Source of the DNA: an uncultured Gammaproteobacteria bacterium
GTDB lineage: Bacteria; Patescibacteriota; Microgenomatia; UBA10105; UBA927
Length of the DNA: 51,698 bases
Assembly: GCA_964367095.1 (NCBI GenBank)
Contig: CAYIXE010000002.1
Span: 1 to 51,698 of the forward strand
Reading direction: 5' to 3'
A program made the translations under genes and the position numbers. Positions 12,001-24,000 of the stretch are shown piece after piece. Each line of letters begins with the position of its first letter. Within the stretch, counting starts at the first letter, position 1. The notes under the pieces are model-generated. The model made no database searches, was not told the origin of the DNA, and saw nothing but the letters and a program-made list of their open reading frames with translations.

Positions 12001-15000
12001 ACTACATCGGCTCGCGCATACTCTTCAAGTGTCAATTTTTCTTCCGATGGATGCACGCCTATACCGTGATAGACAATCCCTGACCCCTCTTTATAAAACA
12101 TCTTGTGACTCTCAAGTGTTTCGGAAAAAAGTTTAAGGAATTTTTCCTTATTTTCTATCGATACATCACCACTGACAAAGATTGCATACTTATCTCCTGT
12201 TTCCCGAATAAATCCAAACGATTCATTGGTATCGCCAAACTTTGTGCGGGTTTCTTCAAACGCTTGCACGATTTCCTTTAAAAGATGGTCACCCAATAAT
12301 TTCTGCGTCGCTTCATCAGAAAGTACATGATTTGCTCCAAATAAATTTTTAATGTCGTACACTTTGGCAATCGTTTTCCCTAATTTCGCTAAAAGGGGCC
12401 ATGCCACTGAGCTCCACACCTGCTGAGGGGCGTTGCCCGAAGCATTTACCGATGCCAACCACTCTGGTGTTACCTTTAATCGCTCAGACTCCGGAAACAT
12501 TTCGAGTGTAAGAGGTGTCAATGACTTCTGATGCAAATCATCATAAAAGTAATCGGTAAATTCAGAGAGCACTTCTGGATTTGTTGAAAGCATTGTGTGA
12601 AGTTGTTGAGCAAGAATAATGTCATTTGGCTTACCGATAAACGACAAAAACGACTGGAGAATTGTGGTCTCTATCGCTTCGCGTTGCTTTACGCGGAGAG
12701 TATCGTTTTCAGATTTTGGTGGAAACCTGCCTGTTTCTTCTTGTATAGGTGGTGGCGGTGGCGTCAAAAAGCTGGGGAAGAATCTGCCAATGATAGTTCG
12801 GATTGGCTTCGCCCAACCAGTGTTTACAGGCAAAATGGCGTTGAGGAATCGAACCGTCCGTATTTTTAGGCTATCACCCACAACGATCAGCTTTAGCAAA
12901 GAAGGCATTTCAGATTCAAATCTACGAGGGGTATCTGTTCCATCATTACCTACAATCGTAATTACTTGTGATATTATTTTTGATCGTTCCACTTCTTCTA
13001 GATCTATAAACCGAATAATTTCCACAAACTCACGTATTCCTTCTTGCAAATTACCACTTCCCAACGTCACTAGTAAGGATTCCACATCGCCATTTATCGC
13101 ATGAAACAATATTTTTCTTGCTTCACTTGACCCACGTATATCCCCAAGATTTTTTTCCAATGCCTCAGAAACCTTGTTATATGTAGGATAGCTACCCTCT
13201 GATGTTACGTGTGCTTCCCAACCCTGTGTTCGTGCAAACTCACGTTGACCATATATGGACAGCGCTTCCGCCAACACATGAGCAATTTGTTTTGTTATTA
13301 TCCCTTGATCAGTAATATATTTAATAGGTTTATGAGTGTTTATGTGGACGAACTCATGAAACAATGCATCAAATATCCTGTTAGGATCAACCCGATATAT
13401 CCTACTAAGAAAACTTTCAGATAGGAAAATTTTTCTATACGCATCCATATAAACTAAAACCGTCAAATCACCAGGATACGCCTGAATTTGTTCTTGTTCT
13501 AATCGACCCATACCCATCGCCGTGACCCTTTCGTTAAACGCACTCAAAACTCGAGTAAGTTGTCTATCTGTCGATTCATCCATATACCCTATGGAGAATA
13601 TATATTCAAAAAAATTCATATGTTCATTATTTGCTCGCACCATCTCCGAGACTCTAGATAAATAAAATAAATAGAGACGGCTCATTAGTCTTAGAGTGAT
13701 AGTACTCCAATAATTCTGCATACTTTGCTTAATACTCTTTCGAGGAGTAGATTGAGATACTTGAGGCTCGATAACTTCTCGAATACGCGCCAGTAATTCA
13801 GTAAGATCTTTTTGCAACGTGTCAAGTTCTGCCTTAGCTACTCTAGTCTGTGCTTCATATCCTTTGGTAATTTCTGCAAGGGCTGCGTCAATTGCAGCCA
13901 CTGCTTCTTTCCATTGTTGTTTTGTACCGACCAATATTCCCTCAGCCGTTTCCACATTTGCATCTTCTGTTTTAACAACGATCCTGTTTTCTGCATTTTT
14001 ATGCTGGGCAACAAGTGTCTTTGCATTCTGTAGCGCTGTTACATCCCCTTTCAATGCATTCTCAATCAACGCTCTCAATGATTGAGCAAATATAAGACAA
14101 TTTGTGCAGCCGCCTAGAGGAGTAACTACTGCAGCAGCATTTTCTGTGGAGTCCATTACTTGCTGTATACCTGTTCGGATTAGAGACAGAGATCCCGATG
14201 GCGCAATATTTAATCCAAATCGGGTAAAAAATGGTGCCGCCCAGTTCAAAAATGGACTCTGGAGGATCGTTTCCAATGCGGGCATCCCAGCGCGGACAAC
14301 GTCAGAAACATTCGTTTGTTGTCTATAATTATTTTGAATCATCCTCTCAATTCGTGTCAGTTCTCCCCACGTAAAACTCATAAACTCTCCGATAACACTT
14401 GGTGGGTTTGCAGGGATATCGCCTAATCCCCGCTGGAATATCGGCGTAGACTCAACTTCGCCGCGAATTTTTTGCACTTGTCTAAATCGGAAATCCCAAT
14501 TAGAGCCAAAAAGGCGTAATCTTTGGATAATGGCTCGTGCTGATTTTCGCGCTGGCGTCAGATTGTTTTCTAAAATTTGTGTCCGTCGTTGGCCAAAGAA
14601 TGCTTCATCCAATAGAACCCCATACATCTGGAAGCGAAATCCGAGTAACCCGAGTGGGGAAAATAAACTCCCTACAATAGGGGCGACAGTACTTTGCGTC
14701 AATGTTCGGAATTCAGGTTTCATCTGTACTGTTCCTGCCACCTGTTCAACAAAAGTAAATTGCATAGGATCGCTACCCTTAGCGACATAATCGATAAACG
14801 CATACCGCAGCGGAGTCTCATGTTTAAGATATTCCGGTGCCCAAACATACAGCGCGATGCTATCAGCTAAGTCTTCACTGGAGGCCCGACGAAGCGCTTC
14901 TTCATTTGCTCCATATCCTTTGTAATAATCATTTGCATACGCAGTCGGCGGCAATTCATGTAGTATTGACGGGTCATAAGAAATAGTAGCCCCGTTAACT

Positions 15001-18000
15001 TCAGAAAACCCCCGATAGAATATATTTTCATACGCAGACGCAAGCGGACTATCACTAAAGCTTCCGTCAGGATTTTTCTGATACCGCATCAGGTGAATAA
15101 ATTCATGGGTCAATGAGGCCGCAGGAGATATATCTGATCTTCCCGTTTCGGATAAAAGCGTATACAGATGAGACTTCGGCGTCTTATATGCAGTGGTAAA
15201 TTGAAGACTTGCCAACCAGGATTTTTCGCTGTTTATGAGATCATTCCCGGCTATTGCGTAGTAAGACTCGCCTCCAGGAATACTTCCCTGCTCAACTTTC
15301 GTAAGTCGAGTTTCATCGGCCTGCATAAATCGATAAAATGGCGCTAGGCCGGTAAGAGCTCTTTGGATATCGCCAAGCTCGTCACTTGTCAAAGCCAAAC
15401 TTTGTTGTGAAAATCGAACGTCTATGGACTGTCCTCCCGTGTTATTGAAAACAAGATTTGGTATCGCAGTCGGTTCGATTCGATTTGTTATCGTATCTAG
15501 TGAAAAAGATGCAAGATATGCTTGTGTTTCTGAGGAAGGCTTGGCAGTGGACAGATTCCCCTGCAAATTTAGTGCCGATGATATCCAACCACTTTGAGTC
15601 AGTTCTATTATCCAACTTTCAACCAATTTATCCTCACCGGATTGATTTGGATGAACCACATCTATTAAATCAGATGGCTTTATGACTCCATGAAGATCTT
15701 TAGTAACTATTACCGGAGATTGTGTCGTAGATATTTGCCCTGCCAAGTCCTCGTACAATCTGTTTAATTCAACTACTTTTGCATCATAGGTAGCATCTGT
15801 TGACGGCAGCACAGAGGATAACACGATTTTTACATTCGGATTTTTTGATCGAAGTATTCCTATGATTGCCTGTATATTTTTAATCGTTACTTTTTCCAAA
15901 TCAAAATCAGACACTATATCATTCACTCCTAATTCTAAAATCACAAGATCGGGTATATTTTGGTCTATGGTTATTTCACTTATGACTCCATTCCAACTCC
16001 ATTGGCCGGCAAGCAAATCATTGAGCATTTTTTGCGTCGTATAGCCCCCATGTCCTTCCGTAGGCACAGCAGCTGTGTCCCGCGATCTTTGGCCGCCGAC
16101 AAACTCTGGTTGTAAACCGAGCTTAGTCAGCTCATCAAAAAACTTCGATCCAACCGATCCACGAGATGTTATAGAATCGCCAAGAATCATAACCTTTGGT
16201 GTAGTAGAGAGTGTCGAAGCTTGGGCTGGTATCGCTTTTGAATCCGCCGCTAGCTGATCATCTCTTCTCGAAACGCTCTCAATATTTTCTGAACTAGGAG
16301 GTATTTTTGACAATTGAGTATCCAGACTTAATGACTCAAATGCCGGAATCGTAACATTTGCATATACGCGATCTGAAATGATAACCCTAACCGGTGTATA
16401 GTAATCAATGCTTTTTGCTACATCAATCGGATCATACGTCCATTCTCCCTGTAAAAATACACCAGATTGGTACCCTGGAAGAGCCACATGGCTACCAACT
16501 GGTACAAGAATTCTATTATCCCAACTGTCGTCATAATCTGCTGGAGCAAACGATACATGATGCACACTTGAGGATAATCCGATTGGAAATTGCAGTACAC
16601 CATTAGCATATTCGAGGCGAGCAGAGTTAAATAACACATCATTACGAGCAATCAATTCAAACAAAAGCCCTTGATCTAACTCACCATTTGGGCCAATCCA
16701 TGGAGTGTCAGTCATGAAACTATCACCCTGCTGCAATTGACTTATCGTATCCTGCAATAACCGGAGCACTGGATGAAAATTGCCTTCAGTCAAAACCCTT
16801 CCTCCCATATCAAAAGCAATCTGTCCAAGCACCTGAGCTAATCGTGCCTCTCTCCCATATGCAGTTCCTCCCAACCAACCCTCACCAGTTCGAAGCCTCA
16901 CATACCAAAATACTCCTTCTCCATTAAGGTTATATGTTTTCCCTTTAACAAAGGCTTGCCTTAATCCTGTTGGCAATCCAGTTTTTTTATCATATCCAGT
17001 TGCGTATGATGTTGTTGCGATGGATGTAATATTCATACCATCAGGAAAAAGTGCGTCTATAAAACTTATAAATCCACTAAACCCGCCCATGGAGACTGAA
17101 TCTATCGGCCTACCGGTAAGCCATTCGACTCGTAGTCGCGTATTTTTTAAAGGGCTACGTGGATCATCCATATCTACTCCAGGAAGCGCACGTTGCTCAT
17201 CTATTGTTGTAGTTTTTGGATCATCTGGGATATTTGTCATCGATGAAGTATTAAAATAATGACCGTCGGCCATGATTAAGCTACGGTACAAGTTTGTAAC
17301 CGTAATTTCTCCCGTTTGAGTATTGAGGTAGACTACTATATTTTGGTCATTTCGAGATTCATTAAATGGAGCTACTCTACCTTTTAAGTCCTTCTGGGTG
17401 GACTTTTCGTTTTCACCAGCTGAATCTTCTCCGATAATCAGAGAGGCAACAACAGGATTATTGTAAACCGCATCTTTTTCTTCTTGCGTGGGATTTTCTT
17501 TACCTAAAATTCGTAACCAAAAGGGGCTTCCTTCTTCTTGAGCAAGTTGAGCTCTATGTGTCCGTGCGTATTCATATATCGGCTTAGAAAAAAATACGAC
17601 GAGTGGATTTTTTGTTTGTTTTGCTGCTTCCCAATCAGCCAGTACTTTTTCTTGATACATTTCTGCTGGTATTTTTTGAGGCGCTTCACCTACATTCTGA
17701 CTAGGATTGTCATATCCAAAAGGAGGAAGTGTTTCAATCGAGTTCGTTTGCTGTGAAATAATCGGGGGCGGATTAATAACTACTTGAGTGCTTGGTCTCG
17801 CAAACAGAATAGTTGAATACAAGGACACAACTCCAACCAATGAAACTACTCCTGATATTATTGCCCCATTTACAGCAGTTCGCATAAGTCGATTTTGTTG
17901 ATAAGTACGAGCGAATCCCTGCCCAACAAATTTGATTTGCCTATTAAACCGACGCACAAGTGATAATGAATCTAAAGCCTGATCATATTTCAAACGATAT

Positions 18001-21000
18001 TCAGCATTTGAAAGCACAATGTAGGCTTCTTGAAGTTGTTTTAATTCCCTGCGTACAAGAGCACGTTGTCGCCTTTCATAAGCCCACTGCCCAAATTTAC
18101 CAAATCTCTCTATAATCCTTCGACGTTGAAATTGTTGAACCTTTTTTTCATATGCTGCTTGTATTGCTTCTTTTGTAGCCTTGCGATTACGAATGCCAAG
18201 AATAGCATAATAATCCATGAATGCCTTCTCAGCTTTAACATTAGGAGACTCAACTATAATAGGCGTTATAATATTTCCGGTTTGAATTGGAGGCTCTTCA
18301 ATGGCAATTATCGGATCATATATCGGTTCCTGTATGTCAGAAAGAAATACTGCAAGAAGAGCAAACGGTCGTGTAAAATCATCTAAGGCTTTCGAGTTTG
18401 TTTTGATCTGATCTATTAAAGTTTTAAGTGTGGGTTCTTTCCTGAGGATGTCCAAAAATGTATTATGGAGCGAAGCACTCGTTAGAAAATCTGATCCAAC
18501 GATCTCATCGGGACCCCACGTAGTTTTTTCTAACGCCTCAATTGCAAGCTGGATTTGAGATATAAAAGTGGGCCATTGATTAACCTGCAATTTATTTAAT
18601 CCATTATATAACACAGGGATAAACAACATAAAATCATCATCTGTTGCCCCTCGGCTAAGTATGAACCCTTGTAACGATACTAAATTCTGCAAAGCTTTCT
18701 CGTTCTTTGACAGTTCTAGAAATAGTTTTTCGTTATCTTTCGTTTCCTCTACTCCTATTAATAAGTCTAAAATATGTTTTATCTCTGGCGTTGTTGCCTG
18801 ATCAAACTCTTGCTTCGCCCGTGCTTCTATAGCAACACGTAAATCATCCCATAAACCTACTTGCGTCTCGCTCCAAGATTCTGACTGCTTTTTCACATCG
18901 TCAAAGGCGGTCAACCGAGCAATTTGTCCGGCAACCAGTTCTTCAGTGGTTTCATTTATGGCTGGTGCAGTCACAAATTGAAACGCCTCACGTGCTATCG
19001 GAATAAGGTCTGCGATGAGACGTTTTTGCGTGTATCCGGAGTCTCCAAGCGCAAGTACGGCGTTTGAAATCTGATGTGCATCTAATATTCCCCGTATCAG
19101 AATACTCAGCTGATTATCTGATGTGTTTTTGTCGGTAACTGCAAGCATTACGTCACGGGAAGTAAGAAGCTCTGCCTCCACAATGGCCATTTCTTTACGC
19201 AGCCGTTCGGGTAAATTACTAAGCACGAATAATAGATTTACTCGTCTATTATGTGAATCATTGCGATCTTCTACGCTCGGCGTTCCCCCGCCTATATCGC
19301 TTCCCCCGCTTGGACCGCCATCACCATCCGTCCCCCCATCATCCGCTCCCAAATCAACAATTTTATATGTAGCTACTCTATCCAAAAATCGACTCAACGT
19401 TTGAACAGTAACAAGTGGTTTTAAAGCAGTGGGAAAATCCTCTCCTCCTTTGACCATCGCATTTCCCACCAAATCAAGAAGCAATTCTTTATACCACTGC
19501 GTCGAATACCGCTCGGTAGTTTCTTGTGTCAACCCAAACGCTTTCAAAATAATGTACCTATCTTCTTTATTGATAGATTCAAATTCTTTCGAATTTATAA
19601 TCGTTTGAATACGTTGCCGCTCTTCTTTTGTCGTTTGCTCAAACGACTTATTTGATAGAGTAGCATTTAGTTGTTCAACAAATTTTCCAGTACGTTCATC
19701 AACTCTATTAAATTTATAGAATTGTGCCAGCTGAATAATATGGATTCGCATTCGATCTACAACTTCTTTGGCAGACGGTGGGCTTGTTCCATACGCTGCT
19801 TCAAACTCATCATCTGGTATCCCAAGCTCTCGCATCTGTCCTACGTCAATGACACGAAGACGGTTTATCGTTTCATCCCAACGGTAATTCTCCATTTTTG
19901 GATCTAAGTTCACTAAATTCGCTTGACGCAATAAATACTGATAATGTACAAACTGCATCATCGCTTGTAGAACAATATCTATTGGATTTTGTTGGACAAA
20001 GATTACATCTGTTAATTGATCGCCTGAAATAAATTCGATGAATAAAACACCAGCTTTCTCACCATAATCATATGATTCATAGACATAATGTTCATTATGC
20101 CCAACGGGGTATTCAGCTTCGTTTCCATCCTCAGCGTTATAATTTAGTGCTGCGGCACGAAATTCGCTATATGCATTTCCGTCTAGACGAACTTTTGCCG
20201 CAACGTATTGCGGCATCGGTGCATCATTTCCACTTTTTATCACCTCGACAAGATACACTTTTCCTTCCGCGCTTCCACCCAAATACCGCAAGGGCTTCAC
20301 CGTCGCTCCAATTTCTTTTGCACCACTAAATATTCGCTGTACAAACAAATCGTCTTGTGATGTAAGCGCCTTTCCCATGGACAATATGCTGTCACCAACG
20401 ACCTGTGGGTAATAAAGATAGCGCAAAATATCGTTTGCGATACCATCAAATTCATCTTTCGTAATGCCAAAATTCTTCTGTATAGTTTGATAAGAAGATT
20501 CATCAAAACTAAAATAAGGAAAAGTTACGACGGGAACAGTCAAGTAGTTGCTGACGAGAATGTTTTTTACGTATACACTATTTTTTGTACTATTTACAAA
20601 TTCTTCTTCCGTCTTTCCAGAACGATCAAGCGTTTTAAACTCATCATCAAATTCTTTTATGTATGTCATCGTTTTATCCGTTTCACTCACTACCTTCGGC
20701 AATTGGCGAATCTCTACCGCTCCAAGTTCACGGATAAATACTGGCAATCGCTTGAAAAAGTCTTGAATTTTATCTGCTGTTTGCCCAACTACTCCCTCAA
20801 AAAAAGCTTTAATCTTCTCTCCATCCTCCCCGCTCAATCTCTGTGCTAAATCCACTGGAGGCATGGTTTTAATCATCACCTCTACCACTGCTTGAATTTG
20901 TCCTTTTTGCGCCTCCGTCTTCAACCCCATGGCGTCAAAAATGAAAGTGGTGAGTTGGTCAGAAAAAGAATCCTTAGCCTGTGGTACATAGGTATCCATA

Positions 21001-24000
21001 TCCTGCTTCAATTGTTCAGGCGTAATAAAGTTTACTTTGGACGCGTCACCATTCAGGAGTATCCTCACAAAAGCTTCATGATACGTCTTCAACATCGACA
21101 CCAAATTTTCATTTATATTCTCTCGCTTCCTTTGTGCTTGAGATGCCAAATCCTTATACTTCACGTCTGTTTGTAGTTGGTTAAATAAAGACATCATTTC
21201 ATCAACAGTCTCACGAGTAACATCACTTAGTTCTGCTAATTGTTCGAATGTGTATTGTGTATTGGTCTCCAATATAAATTGCACATACTGCGCATACCAT
21301 TGTATCAATCGCATAACTGCAAACGACTCCTTAGATAGGTTAAGTTTATGCAAATCAAGGCCAATAATATGCTCTGCACGTTCCACGAATGTAAGATTTG
21401 TAAAAATTCCTTGAAACTGTTTATCATATGGATGACCAATAGATGTATCAGATAATGCAGCTGGTAAAAGGGTAAACTCTGTAGGCAAACCAGGACTAGT
21501 AGTCAAATTTGATACCAATAACTGATCTCCTGCACTATCGCCTTGGTTAATCTCTACGCCGCCCATCTTCAAAATATTTTGACTGTCGAATCGAGAAATT
21601 CTATCTTTTGTAGTAGCCAGTTTGTATATTTCTTGCAGCTCAACTGGCACAAGTGAACTATCGGCGTTATTAGCTATACCAACTGCGAGCATATCGAGTA
21701 ATAATTCTCTGTAATTTTCAACATTCGCTGCCTCCTCGATAGATATACTCGGAATTCGCCCCAACATAACAAGGACTTGATACTGAAACACCTTTGGCAG
21801 ACTTGTAAATTGCAAAGATTGAAGTAACAACGACCGACGATCTTCATTCGTTGAGAAAATCAACACGTCTCGTATCGTTGATTCTGATTTCGGATAAAAA
21901 GCACGCGCTACATATTCAAGAAATTGAGCGTTAACTGCGATTGGTTGATACGGTTCTTGACTATAAGATCCAGGGTCAACAAACCGAAGCGTATCATCAA
22001 TGGTATATATGGCATCAAATACCTTATCCTGTTCAAATAATCCATTTTGACGAAGTAAATATTCTCGATGACCATATTGATATGCTTGTCGAACTGTTAA
22101 TCCTGGAGAGCCACTCGTGTCAGATTTAGAAATTAACAACTCCTCAAAAATAACATGATTATCCTTATCTATTAAATATGGCTTTACCGTGTATCGATCA
22201 GAAGTCGTAACAGCAAATTCGCCTTTTCGCTCTGCTTCTCGTAGTGTATTTGCCATCACATATTCATTTTCGACACTCTGAATTACTGTAACAACGTTTT
22301 TAGATTTCTGAACCTTAACGGCCATGTACTCCGCAACCCCTTTATCGTTCGCATTCGTTATATGTACCAAATAAACAAACCCAAATCCTCCTTCTGATAT
22401 ATATCCTTCTACCTTTACATCCCACTCTTGTTTTTTGGCAGACGAAATAATTTCTTGCACATTTGCACTGTCACGTGTATCTTCTAACGGTTTTTTCATC
22501 GCCTCAATTGCTTTAATCCGTTCTGTTTGCAAAATTCCGTCTTCCTTGAGTTTTTCTGGATTGATAACATTTATTTCGCTTAATTCTTTTTCTTGTAGTA
22601 ACTTCCCTGCTTTTACATTAAGTATTTCTTTGGAATCGGAAAATTTCGCTTGTTCTTCTCTCAATCTACCCAACTCCAATGCTAACTGTCTTTCTGCGTC
22701 TAGTGACGTAGTAAGTTCTGCTATATTCAATCGTGCTTGTTTTGACAAAGAAGCTTCCCTAAATGAAAGATCTTCCGCGTGCCCAATCTTTGCCGATACT
22801 GATTGAAGTACTCGTTGAACACGCCTATCCCATTGTGGTTGTAAAGTATTCTCAAATGCCACCAGCGCTTCGGAAATTGCTTCTAATTGTTCCAAAGTCT
22901 TCATGCGATTGAGTGCTTTATCTTTCATCAACGCCTCCAACTCTTCAAGAAGTGCTAACGGCGTCTCACGCGTCACTGCTAATCCTGCCGTATTTAAAGC
23001 ACTTTTTAGTGTTCTGGTCGCAGTTCTTAACGTATTTGATATTGGAAAAATTGAGACGCGCGCAGCCAGAGACCGTAGTCCACGAATAATTGGAGGTATG
23101 TTTGCTGCTTGTTCTGCTATTTGTTGTCGACGGGCATCAATTTGTACTTTTCGCTTTTCTGCAGCTCTCAATTTCTTTTCTTGGTCTGCAATCTGTTGTA
23201 AACGCTCTCGCTCTTTTACATCTGTCTTCCCAACTCGTTGGAGTTCTTTAGCATCAAGGTCAGCAAAAAATGTATCAAGTTTTGCTTGTAATTCTTTATT
23301 TTCTTTTTCTATCTGTGCTAACCGTTCCGTGGCGTACGTTTGGCGTATGGCTGCAACCACTTGTATCATCCATGTAGCCCTATCTGTACCTGCATCTGTA
23401 AACTCTTCAGGAGTCAATTGCCATGTAGTAGTAAGAAGATTGAGTATTCGCTCCTCAAGTATTGCATCCGAAACTCCCTGTATCGCAAGCCCTCGAAACT
23501 GATTTTCTGACACGATTTCATTCGCCGCCAAGAAAAGATTTTCTATGGCATCTAATCTTCGCAGCATACTCATGGATCGCACAGCTCCAAGTTCAATTAT
23601 TGGATTTGCCGCGGGCACCACACCTGACAGAAATGCTTGCCTGATAGTTGCATTAAATGATCCTTTGCTATCCATTTCTTCCAACGATGGCAACAATACT
23701 TTCGGACTCGTCAATAATGGCGCTATAGGGGAGCGTGGGCCTTCAATTCCCCCACTCTGCTCGGGCAAGCCTAAAACATACTCCGCAAATGGCTTCAAAA
23801 AGGAAATCTTACCTGCACTGAGCGGAGTCGAAGTGTTATGTGCCACGATACCATTGCCGATGAAGGTATGTGTACCATCTACTTCTATATCAAACACTTG
23901 CTCTCGTTTGCCTTTTGTAATCGAGACGATTTCTTCCCACCCATCTGCAGTCGCTATCCTATCGCCCTTTTTGAGGAATTTCACTTTCTGCCAAACGGTG

